The notes beneath the pieces were generated by a model. It saw only the letters and a list, made by a program, of their open reading frames with translations. It was not told the origin of the DNA and ran no database searches. From the human T2T-CHM13v2.0 reference genome, Homo sapiens, in NCBI RefSeq assembly GCF_009914755.1, contig NC_060940.1: DNA of 64,000 nucleotides; one strand, written 5' to 3'. Shown here in pieces: positions 1-14,805 of this stretch (within the stretch, counting starts at the first letter, position 1; each line of letters opens with the position of its first letter). The position numbers and the translations under genes are program-made.

Positions 1-344
1 TAAGCAGAGGCAAACCACAGAATCTGCGTACAATAGAAGACTAAGGTGTGGTGACAACAATCACTCCTGCCGTGGCATTCAGAGAAGAAAGCACTTGTCA
101 AGATCAACATGCTAATCAGAGCTTGCTGGGAAAGTTAGTTGTTCCCAGCTGCAGCCAAAGCAGCAGGTTGCTTGAAACAGCTGCATCATACTCTTAACTG
201 GATTGTCTGTGCAAGAGTGATCAGAAAATGTCAGAAATAAAACCAAGGAAGTAGGTGTTACATAAACATGCAAATTACCACAATTAGTCCTAGAGAGCCT
301 TAAATTCCCAGAAAACATTGAGGTATAATGGAAGGAATTAGGAA

Positions 345-480
345 GGGGCCAGACTGAACAGAGTTCAAATCTTAGTAACAGTTTTGCCTCTGTGAGTCTC
401 AGTAAATTCTTCTGTAAATCTAAATCTTAATATCTATAAAAAACATTTATAAGGATAAAGTAAGCTAATGTATGTGTATT
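345..480. mobile_element. MIR fragment (degenerate)
   Basis: 'agttcaaatctt...ctctgtgagtctcagt...tctgtaaa...aggataaagtaagctaatgtatgt' resembles the MIR core. Confidence 0.5.
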
Positions 481-491
481 AAAAATTTATT

Positions 492-1600
<1,109 letters not shown>

Positions 1601-2167
1601 TACAAGTTGCCTTAATATATAAGATATTTCAATAAATGTCAATTGAAATCTAAAAGCAGTTTGCAAAAGTTTCTTACAGCTTTAACATAGAAAATAGCTA
1701 CAATTATTTTAACTTTTTTGAGTTTATGTAAGTTTTCTATGGAAAGTTTTAGTTTTATAGTAGGTGACTATTGAATATTACTTTTGTTCATCTTTTTGCC
1801 CTTAAATCTCAGTGTTCCTTGATCCTGAAATATTTTTGCAACACGTTTCTTTGAATATTCAGTAATTCATCTAACGGCCTTAATGAATCCACTCATTCTC
1901 TACATCCAAAAAAAAAAATAAACATTATTTTTATCTTAAATGATGATAAGAACACAAAATCAGTGTTATTCTAATGCACAAATTTAAGGATGAAAAGAAT
2001 GAGGATGGTCACAACAATAATGATTTTGACATTTAATGCTTGTTTCTATTTACACATAAATCCTGAGTGTCCCAGGATGCTGAGGCTGAAGGGCTGGATA
2101 ACATCTAATATACTTGCTTCCTTATAACCATGGTGTTCTTTTTTTCAAGAAACGGCAGCACCATTTT

Positions 2168-2621
<454 letters not shown>

Positions 2622-3441
2622 AAGGCAACACCATTTTTATGTGTCACTCAAACCAGTGTGTGGAGCTACCTAGGACTACTCTTCCATTTTTTTTTCCTGG
2701 CATCCAATCAATTAGCAAATCCTGTTAACTTTATGTTGCATATGTTACTTAAACCCATTACTTTCTCTTTTCTTCTTCTGTGCTACTTCAGCAAGAAAGA
2801 AATCATAATAGTATAAACTATATGGAAAATTCTCTAATGATTCCCTTTTCCTCTAACTCAATCTTTAGCCTCCATAAAGCTGCCAATTAGACCATTCTGA
2901 GACACTAGATAAAATCTTTTGTATGATATGAAAAACATTCCAAATCTCATCCTAGACTATCTCTCTAGCTTCATGTTTTATGATTCTAAATTGAACACAC
3001 ACACACACACACACAAATACACACACCCTCACACTCTTGCCTATTTATGCAACAGCAAAAGGAAACTGGTTTTAATCTTCTAAATTCACCTTGCTACCTT
3101 ATGCCCTAATTTGTTTGCATATGTTGTTTACCTTGGCTAGAATGTCATTTATTCTTTTTCTCTTTGGTAAACTTGTATTCTTGTTCAAAACCCCATTTTG
3201 ATATTACTATTAAGCATTTTAAAAGCGCCTTCCCAAGCCTGAAAGAGTAAGCAACTCTTTTCTCATTGCTAATTACATACCTTATAAATGTTATATTACT
3301 GTTCTTCTAAGCCCATTCCATGGTAATATATCAGCTCGAAGCCACCTTTCATACCAAAAAAATGAGCATCTAGGGGTCAATAGTGTATTTAGTCGGACTT
3401 GCATATTTGAATGTAATAGATGGCTACACATATTATAAGTG

Positions 3442-3522
3442 TTAGGTTGAACCACAGGAAATTTTTGTCTTTGAAAGTAATAAAAATGGTCAAATATTTA
3501 CAATTTTATATAGTTTTACACA
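3442..3522. mobile_element. MADE2-like mariner MITE
   Basis: Starts 'ttaggttgaacca', about 80 bp, degenerate inverted end. Confidence 0.6.
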
Positions 3523-4170
3523 GCATTTGATGAACTTTCCTTTCATAGTACACTGGAGTGTAATCCAGAGACAAGAAGAAACATAATTTGAGGAAGAGTT
3601 AGGAGGTGTCTATTACATTTTATGTGTTATCTTGTGAAAGATAAAATTAACTTAAGTGAAATTAGAAAGTGAATTATTAAGGTAAATAAGCATAGGGTAC
3701 CTAGAGATGTATTTTGGCAAATAAAATAAATTGTTTAAAAATATTTTTGAAATGATATATATTTAAAGTATATTAGATATATTATATATAATAAATATTT
3801 AAAATAAATATAAAAACAAATATAATATGTATATGATATATATAACAAATACCTCAAATAAAATTAACAAAATACCTAAAAATATGGTATGTGTATATTT
3901 ATGTGTGTGTGTGTATGTGTGTCTGTATGAGTGCATGGGTCTGTGTGTCTTGCATTCAGTAAGAGGTTGAGTGGCCACATGCCACTCAACTCTTCCATAT
4001 AAGAGAATATACTACATTTTTATAATAAAGGGTAATGATCACTATAAAGTATAATTTTCATTCTCTAAAAAAGTTTGAAACACCTGAAGATGACGAAATT
4101 TTTTTTAGAGGACTTACTTAGTTTCAAACATCATCTGGGGAGAGAAATGAAAAAAGACAATTAAACTCAC

Positions 4171-4335
4171 CTCAGTGGATGCCTGCTACAAGTTCCAAGA
4201 ATTTTCATGATAATCTTAAAAGACGCTTCTTTACGGTGTTCATTTTATGAACTTTAAATGTCAGTTTTTCTTATGATATCCATATTGAAAGCCACAAATG
4301 ATTCATGTATGCGCCAATGTACGCTGATGACTTGT
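4171..4335 (-). other. Candidate non-coding exon (165 nt)
   Basis: Acceptor ttctctgtAG, donor GAG|GTGAGT, stops in all three frames, several CpGs. Confidence 0.35.
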
Positions 4336-4805
4336 CTACAGAGAACTAGTCAATACTGATATTATCTATATCCATATATATAGATATAGCTATACCAATC
4401 TACAACTATATGTATAACTAAATGTACATATTAATATAATTTCAGTCTTAGCTTTATCTTTGTCATTCATGCATCAGCAGGCATACAGTCTGGTAAACCA
4501 AACTACTGGAAAGTAGCCCAGTCCTGTCATATGGATGGGAAAGTGTATTTTGCAGGGAGGGTGGCCTTAAGAACTATTTCCTCTTATGCCATCAAGCCAT
4601 TTGGCTGCCCATCCATCCATAAACTACTTTGCAAACACTATCCCTCCCTGTCTCCCTTCCTGAGGAGACTCTCATGCTGCTCAAAATCTTCCCAAAGACC
4701 TCCATTCCCCCTCCCCTGCAGGAATGCTCAGATTTGGCCAGGTACTCAAATCAATTTGCCTTTGCTTAAACCTCCAGGGGAGATGTCAAACAGTGAGTCA
4801 CTTAC

Positions 4806-4851
4806 CTGATGTCTGAGATTTTCCAAAATGTGTGACACAGATTCAATATTT
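4806..4851 (-). other. Candidate exon (46 nt)
   Basis: Acceptor cttcattttcAG, consensus donor CAG|GTAAGT. Confidence 0.3.
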
Positions 4852-5724
4852 CTGAAAATGAAGCATGTTTTGGTCATAGTTGGTAGTAAATTTAAGCTGT
4901 TCATTTCTTGTCAAGAGGTACCCTTGTGTTCCTTCAAGCTCGAGAATCATTTTGAAGCTGATGGATCATGCTCTGTCTATTCAATAAACTTTAAGTTTCT
5001 AATATGTTTATTGAATGATATTAGAAGCTGTGGGCAATGCAAATATAAGTAAGATGTGCCCCATGACCTTAAGAAGCCCATAAGCTCTTATGGGTAAAAT
5101 AGGTTATTTACTGGTACAATAAGGCTTACTAACACATTAACCTACTGCATAGTAGACAGTCAATAACCATTGAGTAAGTTAACGAAATACAACAACAGAA
5201 TTGTCATCATACTGCTGTGGAAATAGAGGAAGGGTGACTAATTTTAATGTTGTGGGACAGAAAATGCCCCTCTGTTGCAGTTCTCAAAATGTTGAAATCC
5301 TACTTACCTTCAAGGCTCATGGTAACCATAAATATGAGAATGAAAAATCCAAACAGGAGGCTTTGCGTGAGCAAAACAGTGAAGTGGAAAAGGCTATGAT
5401 ATATTTGGGAAATGATGAGCAGATTGTGGGATTAAGGGTATGTGTGTGGGGAGACATCAGGCTGTTTGGCCAAATATAGAATCACAAGAGTGCAGCACCA
5501 AGAAGAGAGATTCTAGAAATTAAAAGAAATGAAATAAAGTCCAGTTTCTACACTCTATTCAGGATGGTATAAATGTCATCCCAAGAAAATGTGTCATCAT
5601 GGTCATTTTTTTCACCTTCCTTCAGTGACCTGCTTTAGGAATTAGGTAGTTATTTTCTTTAAAATTCTGACACCTCATTGAAAAAATAGAATTCTCTTCT
5701 GCATTTGAATTCTATCCCATGTAG

Positions 5725-6462
<738 letters not shown>

Positions 6463-8537
6463 TCATGTAGATTTGTTTCAATTTTACAATGGCTATGTTT
6501 AATAAGAATAATACCGAAAAAAAAAAACCTCTGGACTAGTACTCATGAGACATGGATCTGGTTGAAGATTCACCACCTTATATTTTTGGGGCAGTCACTT
6601 CTGCTTTCTGACAGTCTTAAATAGAAATTGGTTTACTGGTACACAAAGGCTCTTCTGGATATAATGTTCCATTCATCTATGATCATTTGACGCATTTATA
6701 TATTTCTATAAGGAGACACTCAACCACCAGTTCCTTAATTCCTTTTCCTGATTGTGTTTCTCACCATCCTTGATGGCTGCCCATCTCTGGGCCTTATATC
6801 TGTCACAAAGTTTGAGGCATTATCATGGTGATCTTATATAGTCAATACTCTTCTAGGAAAGAAAGTATCAGAGCTGAAATCTGTGTTCAACTAGCCATAC
6901 CAATCCATCTTTAGCTTTCCGAAATATACTCAATTCCAACATCTTTCTAGTTATATTTGGATGGACCATTGGATTTATCATTTCCCTTTAAGATTGTACG
7001 CTTCTTGAGGAAGGATGGCTTGTTTAGCCAAATTAAGCAGTGTCCAGATCAACCCCTTCCATGCACAAAATCAACATTTAGCAATTTGGATGAGTGGGCC
7101 TTTGTGTTATGTAGATGAAAATTAGATATATAGACTATTAATCCTCAATATATTTATGTTTTATCCTTAGTAAGACTTTCTGGGGTCTCCTTGCTGTCTC
7201 ATTTATGTAAATAGTCAAGCATAGGGTATTTTTGCTATTGTAAATATTTAGATGTGTCTTGGGGTTTATGTATTTAGCTTAGTTACCTCATAGTTGTGCA
7301 TATAAACTAATGCACATGAAGTGTTCAGTAGCTCAGAGTCGAAGTAACATACTTAACATAAGCAGAGTACTTCTGCAAAATCAGGTAGAATTAAAAATTT
7401 ACAAGGAGAGATTCTTAGATAATTTAGTCCAATTTCTCACTTCATGTTGTTATCCCTATAGAATTATTTACTTGACATTTTGATTTGAACCTCAACATTC
7501 AACTTTCTCTTGTGAATAGGCTTCAATATTAATGTAGCTGGCCTTGGACTGTTGAACCCAGATCTTACCTGAGGCAGGTATTTGACAGCAGGAACCATGT
7601 AGATATAATTTTGTATGGAACATATGAGGCAGAAGCCAGGTGTGGGTAATTCACTGCAAGGAGATGAAGGAGATGTTAATAAGGTTACTTCTAATGTTCA
7701 TGTCATTTCTGATTCTTTAACAATTGCCACATTTTATGTTTCACAAAGTTTCCAAAAGCAATACTGGCTAGAGGGTTTAGAAAACTCATTATGCACTGCC
7801 ATTTATTAAAATTATAAATGGCGCTAAATGTTGCTTAAGCACTTTCTTCATCTGGAAAATAAAGGTATTATTAGTACATTCTTCAGAGGGAAAGCGTGAA
7901 GATTAAATAAGCTAATCAATCTAAAATTTACAGTGGCTCTGGGAAGTACAATAACGTGCTCAATTTTACCTGTTGTATTATGCCATTTCAAATTATTTAC
8001 TGAACATTCATCTGTGTCAAACAATTTGCTAGGCACTGAGGGTTCAGCATAGAACAAAAGATACAAGACCCCTGCATTTACAGAGATCATATTACAATGG
8101 ATAAAGGCAAACAATAAACAAAAAAAGTGAGAAATCAAAATTAATGGTAATGGTAAAGTCTATAAAAAGAAATTGAAATGATAGAATATAAGCAAGTGGT
8201 CATTTAAGGTCTTCCAGGAGAAATTAAACTTAATTTGAAATTTGATTGAACAGAAGTAAGTCCTGTGATGTTAAATGGGAAGAAGATTTCCAGTGATGAA
8301 AATATATAGACCAAAACTTCCAAAGAAAGACCATCCTTGCAGCATTCAAAGACCAGAATGAAGCCACGGTGACTTGAAAGTAGTAAATGGGAAAAGGGAG
8401 TGAGGGCGAGATGTGGAATGATAGAATATGATGTTATGACTCATATATATAAAGTTTGGAGACCATAGTAATGAACCTGGATTTTACTCGAATATAAAGA
8501 GAAACTATAGAGAAAGATATCACGGTCGGATTTAAAT

Positions 8538-8635
8538 GTCTTCCTCCCTTCCTTCCTTCCTTCCTTCCTTCCCTCCTTCCCTGCTTCCCTCCCTCTTTTT
8601 CTTCCTTCCTTTCTTTCTTTTCTTTCTTTTCTTTC

Positions 8636-8728
<93 letters not shown>

Positions 8729-8795
8729 CTCTCTCTCTTTCTTTCTTTCTCTCTCTCTCTCTCTTCCTTTCTTCCTTTTCTTCTTTCTTTTTTTC
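8538..8795. repeat. (TTCC)n/(TTTC)n/(TC)n tract
   Basis: Direct inspection. Confidence 0.97.
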
Positions 8796-8892
8796 TTGTC
8801 TCACTTTGCCACCCAGGCTGGAGTACAGTAGAATGATCATGGCTCACTGCAGCTTCCAACTCTTGGCCTCAAGTGATCCTCCCACCTTGCCT
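8796..8892 (-). mobile_element. Truncated old Alu (AluJ/FRAM-like)
   Basis: 'gtctcactttgccacccaggctggagtacagt..ggctcactgcagc..tcaagtgatcctcccacc'. Confidence 0.85.
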
Positions 8893-9048
8893 TTAAGTTT
8901 CAAAATGACAACGGCTTCTGAGTTAGGTAGAAACTATAGAAAGGCAAATGTAGAAGAAGAGAGATGACTGATCTAGCAAATGTGGGTAATGAAGATGGGT
9001 TGAACTAGGTAGAATGTTAGCCATGGAAATGAAAATGATGACGGCAGA

Positions 9049-9218
9049 ACAGCGTTGTTCAATGGAACTTTGTGATAATGGAAATGTTCTGTATCTGAGC
9101 ACTGGAAATATAATGAGCGTGACTGTGAAACTCACTCTTATAAATTTTATTTAATTTTAATTAATTTAAATTTAAATATCCACACATGACTACTGATTTT
9201 CCGATTGAACCATGCAGC
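9049..9218. mobile_element. MER3-like hAT-Charlie MITE
   Basis: 'cagcgttgttcaatggaactttgtgataatggaaatgttctgtatctg' and 'ttttatttaattttaattaatttaaatttaaata'. Confidence 0.8.
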
Positions 9219-11299
9219 TCTAGAAAGTGACAGGTTGGAGTCAAACTGACACACCTTCAGAAGTCCATGTTCTTAGCTACAGCCCTGTAGCGCATTACTT
9301 AAAAGGTGCAAAAGAATAATTTTTGAGCTGCTCCTTTTATAACTCTTCCTAGGCTTCCTCTTCCACTTCAGATACAGAGGGGGTGATCAGCAACACCGAG
9401 AGAGTGCAAATCATGCCACCCAGCACTTTCTCACTGTGGGTGCTTCTGCGGAGCCCAGGCTGCCTTGCAATTCCCCTCTTGTTAATAGCATGTGGTATAA
9501 AGTGAGAAGGAGAAATACATTTGCTTTCTAGGAACACTTAGCGATCCTGATAATGTGTTTAGTACCAAAGACCTGCTTTAAATTGTGAAGAGGTTGTATT
9601 TAAAACTGTCTCTTTCCAGTTGATTGTTAATTTATGGCATCATTATAAGTGACAACAAATAGCTTCTCTGGGATGGCAGAAATGCAATTAGATTGTCACA
9701 GACTGTCAGCAGTTGTATTTGGGTGTGATTTTTAATGCATTCTTTATGTAAGACTCTACTGCTAATAGTAATAATAGAAACACAACTTGTTCTTTTAAGG
9801 AAGGGGAATAATGAGCATATTCTATTATATTCAGAGTGGGAGTTGCAGCAAAGAAGGTGCTGTAAACATTGGAGTTCTCAAGATTCTCCTTGCTTAGTGC
9901 CTGCATTTACTAAGCACTCAATAAATATTTTAAGTGAAAAAATAAATAACAAAATAAGTGCCCTTAAAAAATAAAACTCCAGAATGAGTATATTCAAAGT
10001 GTGCTCATTACCTCAAGTAATGTCACTAGATGATGCATACTTATTTCAGTATTTCTCTCAAAAGATGTTTGAGACAGTTTCTGAAAAATTTCAGTCTCTT
10101 CTAGGTGATAGTTAAGGGCAGACACAGTTGATGGCCCGAGGTAAGTTCTTAGGGGCTCTGGAAATTTACATTAATGTTGAATGACTATTGAACATCCATG
10201 GTGTGCAAACCTCACCCCTTTATAGGTGAACAAATTGCACATGTTAGGGATCTGTGCAGCTGTCTTTTGAGTCTATGACCTTTAAAATAAACACCCTCTC
10301 TAATGAAGAGTAGTTAACTTCATAATCTTTGGAAAGAGCAAAAAACCAGCTGCATGTGGGTGAATAACGTGACTGTTGATCAATTCAGGGGATGCTTTTT
10401 TTTGCTGAAAAATGCAGTATGATAATATACATATAAAACAAGCCCATAAACTAGAATGAAAAGAGACTTTCCAATGTTCCCTGAAACTAGTCAGTGCCAT
10501 TGCATTAAGCGAACAGTGTTTTGAGGGAACCAGTATAAAAGCAAAAAACAAAAACAAACTAACAAAAGACCCATCTTTAACTTTGTTTTCTAAAGACCAA
10601 TCACAATGAGAAAACTGAAATATCCAGGGGTCTCTTGGCAGAAATCAACAATATCTGGGAGTTCTTCTTTTAAAGAGAGGCATACTGAAGAAAGCACAAA
10701 TCTAACCAGCTGTTCTCATCCTAGCAGTGTTCAGGAAACATAAAGCTCACCAGGCCAGGAGAATAGCTTTTGGCAATACTACTTGGTGACCAGCAGTAGC
10801 CCTCTTATTTATTTATTTTACAGATTCTTTGGTGTTCCTTCAAATAATCTTAGACATAAGATGAAAAGGAGGATGACAAATACTTAAGTTAGTTTCGCTG
10901 CATTTCAATCCAACATTTTTCTCCAGGAAAAGGAAAAATTATGATGCAAACATCACTGTCTGAGCTTGGCCCATGTTCACATAATTTATTCCCTGAATAC
11001 CTGCTGAGTAACTGTGATGTCTCAGGTCCTGAGCCAGATTTTGGCATGTCATCAGTATATGATAGACATGTGGTCCCTGCCTGCAAGTAGATTTTAGTAG
11101 ATACATTGTTTGGAAGGAGAGATACTATCTCATTTTAAGTACAGTGCTCAGGAAAGTACCAGACTCATACTGCACTAAAAGCTTTTACTGCTCATAAATA
11201 GTTCAGCCTTTATTTTCAGTCACTTAGAACTCATATACTAAATTCTACCCACACTGCCAGCAGCAGTCAGATAACACTGAGTACCAAAAAAAGTTGTTC

Positions 11300-12515
11300 T
11301 CTAATGAACGAGACTCATGTCCAACTCTTGTATTTCTGCTGCACACTTTCTTTCCTGAGCTCTAAATGTAGCTATCCAGTAGGAAGTGAAACATAAAGAA
11401 GTATTTGATTTTTGTTCTTCAAGTATCTTCTTCCCTCAGTCCTTACTTAATAAATGCTATCACCACTTACTGAATTACTCAAGTCATAATACCTGATAAT
11501 TACTCTTATTTCTTCCTTTCTTCACCTCCCCACATCCTATTCCTAAACCATATTTTGAAATAATCTGTTCTTCTCCTCTTTCTTTCTTTCTTTCTATCTT
11601 TCTTTCTTTCTTTCTTTCATGAGACGGAGTCTCACTCTGTTGCCCAGGCTGGAATGCAATGGTGTGATCTCATCTCAGTGCAACCTCCGCCTCCCAGGTT
11701 CAAGAGATACTCCTGCTTCAGCCTCCTGAGTAGCTGGGATTACAGGTGCGTGACACCGCATCCAGCTAATTTTTGTATTTTTAGTAGAGATGGGGTTTCA
11801 CCATGTTGGCCAGGTTGGTTTTGAACTCCTGACCTCAGGTAATCCGCCTGCCTCAGCCTCCCAAAGTGCTGGGATTACAGGCATGAGCTACTGTGCCCGG
11901 CCTTCTTCTCCACTTTCATTGCTACTATTCCAGTCCACACTACCACTGTCACCAATCTGAACCCCTATAACAGTCACGTTATTGATCTTTCCTACCCTTG
12001 CCTTTCCATAAACCATTCAACACATAGCAGATAGAAGGATATTAATAAAATCAATTTTTCTGAAAATAATGTTTAATCACCTCCTCTTGAATTTTTATTT
12101 AAAATTCAAACTCTAAGCCGTGACTAAAATGACTATCATCTGATCATCAAATACACAAACTGCTTTCTCAACTCAGTTAATTCATGGGTGGCCTGATGGT
12201 AACACTCTTCCCAGGAGCTTCTCATTTGATTGCCTGGTTTCTTTACAACATTCAGATCTTCTCAGGACAGCTTTAATTGACAACTCGATCAAAAATGTAA
12301 AGTCTCTCTTACTACTCTATTGCATCACCTGGTTTATTTCTTTCTTTGCAATTCTCACTCTTGAAAATTATTTTCTTTATTTGCATACTTCTTGGAACAT
12401 AAATTCTATAGAGAAAAGAACATAATATATTTTGATTTTGTTGTTTTCCCATAATGTAGAAGATAGGCAGGCACATAATAGATGCACAGTAAATATTTAT
12501 TGAAAGAATAAATGA
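11300..12515 (+). mobile_element. L2 with 3' end, interrupted by an Alu
   Basis: Ends 'ggcacataatagatgcacagtaaatatttattgaaagaataaatgaa', the L2 3' terminus. Confidence 0.7.
11577..11902 (-). mobile_element. AluS (Sx/Sq-like) with (TTTC)n tail
   Basis: Full Alu; TSD ttcttctcc at 11568-11576 and 11903-11911. Confidence 0.95.
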
Positions 12516-14526
12516 AGAGACCTTTAACCATGAAGACCATGTTAGAGCCACTCTTTGATCTACCGTTGAGATATGGCATTATTATTTAGGGACCTTTTCG
12601 TTTCTCTTCCCAGTGGAATTCCACAAGGAGGCAGTCCTTACTTCAGAAATAGACCTATTACTGCTGTTGAGCACTCAGAGGCTCAACACACATTCTAAAT
12701 ATAGTCCTTGTATTCAGTGATTTCACAATAGCTCTCCAGAGAATGTTTAAAGACTCACTGAAACGAGTCACCTCACAAATTAATTTGCTAGTTTTCAATC
12801 TTTATTAATGCAAATTGATTGGATACTGTAAACATATACAGATGAGTGTTCGGGTTCCCACTGTTTTTTCTGCACACTGAGACAGTATGAAAAAAATAAA
12901 AAGGCTTTGCAAATAGACACAACTTCAATAAAGAACATGGTTGAGCCATCATTTTCAAGCTGGAAACCTTCTCTTGAGACTGGCCCATGTAGCTGTCTAA
13001 AAGGAATTTCACTTCCATTTTAAAAGTGTAAAATTTCTTGCATACATTTTTATTTCCCAGAAAGACATAAAGTGACATGGTATTTTGGCAACCTAAGAAT
13101 ATTTTTGAATAATCAGACCCGAGTGCTGATCAGTTTGAGAAGACATGTGATACAGCCAAGTTGTTTAGTGTCAGCTACTGTAAAGTGTAAAACTCATCCA
13201 GGGAATATGGAATCACTTTCTCACTCTCTTTGGGTGAAATATATGCATTGCTTCCTAGTTCACAACACCCAATGGAAAGCAAACTGAGGACAACAGCAGA
13301 AGGGTAGATGCTTTTTCTTGGTATTAAAACGGCAGAACATATTTTTTACAAAGATAAATCTCACCTTTGCACAACATTATGCATGTCTAGAAGAGTTTTC
13401 TATTGCACCTTCTCATTGAATCCTCATATCAAATAGCACCTTGCACTGTATCAGGAGAAAGTATCATTATTTCCCTTTTAGCTAAATTCAAGTGGAGAGA
13501 GAGATAGTGGCAAATGTCTCATAAATTTGAGGAAACAATAAAAGGTAAAAAGAGGCTACAAGTGGGACATTTTTAATTTAGTTTTAATCCTTAATCAAGA
13601 TGCTAATAGACACTTAGTAAAGAAGTAAAGATTCAGGTTATGTACATTTAAAAAATGAGGAATTCAAGAATATGATCATCCTACTTCATAGAGAAGGAAA
13701 TAAGCTCAGAGAAATGTAAACAGTCTTGTAACAAGCATAAATGTGTCATTAGACATACTAAGTTTCACAAACTTTCCTGTCAGTGAGACAGAAGCAACCA
13801 TAATTTATAAATTAGAAGATTGATAAAGAAAATTTAAGAATTAGATAAGTGTGTGTCAAGCTATTGAAGTTAATAAGTACAAAATAACATATTATATAGT
13901 TTACTATTTTTAGAATTGTTTTCAAATATTTTCTTTCTCCCCCATTTAAAAAAGAAGCATCACCTTTCCTCCTCCTTCATTTCCAATCTTTAATTTTTCA
14001 AGTCCTAACAAAATAATCATAGACAACCACTGATATTTAGTGATATTTGTTTCTGACAGGCTAGTTTTTATTGAAGATCTAAACATATCTTTTTTAATTC
14101 CATGGTGATTCTAGATTGTCTTTGAACTTAACGTTTTGGGATTTTATTTTGGCCTTCCAGAGAGCTGTATGGTTTTACTAATACAAAATATTTGCTAAAT
14201 CAGGCAGCAATCTACATTATTAATAACTATGAAATATTATAAATATCTAAAGAGTAATATTATAAGCAACCAAAAAACTACATCAGATTTTTATATATTA
14301 AAGATAAATTACTTTTATCAAATATTATGAAACTGAGCTTAAGAGTATTGCTTTCATTTGGTATAGATGACAATTAAAATTAGATACTAAGAAAGAACGA
14401 TTGCTTAGAAGAAAACTGTGAAAACATCAGAAAATGTTTGATTTCTCAAACTTCAAATTTTACTTTTGAAATAGAAGCAGATTTTTTCCATTGAATTGGT
14501 TTTTCCACACAAGAAAATTTATATGT

Positions 14527-14805
14527 ACACTGTCTAATATGGTAGCCACTAGCGACATGTGGCTATTGAGCACTTGAATTGTGGCTAGCTCAAATTGAGA
14601 TGTGTTATAAAGGTAAAATACACAACAGTATTCAAAGACTTAGTACAAAAAAGTTTCATTAATATTTTTTGATATTAACTACATGCGGAAATAACAGAAT
14701 TTTTAGTGCATTAAGTTAAAATATTATTAAAATTAATTTAATCTGCTACTTTTTTATACAGAGGCACTAAGAAATTTAGAAATTTGTGTCACTTATATGA
14801 GCAAT
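14527..14805. mobile_element. MER33-like hAT-Charlie element
   Basis: 'ctgtctaatatggtagccactagcgacatgtggctattgagcacttgaa..aattgagatgtg..gtaaaatacac..caaagacttagtac'. Confidence 0.8.

Larger units (their letters stand above)
7990..9040 (-). mobile_element. L2 3' region, interrupted by STR plus Alu fragment
   Basis: 'ttatttactgaacatt..tgtgtcaaaca..ctaggcactgag..aacaaaagatacaagacccctgc' is antisense L2 3' end. Confidence 0.7.

Noticed and set aside
5077-5094. Short palindromes cccataag-ct-cttatggg and ctactctatagagtag (20225-20240)
   Set aside because: 8-bp arms are expected by chance in 64 kb of AT-rich DNA
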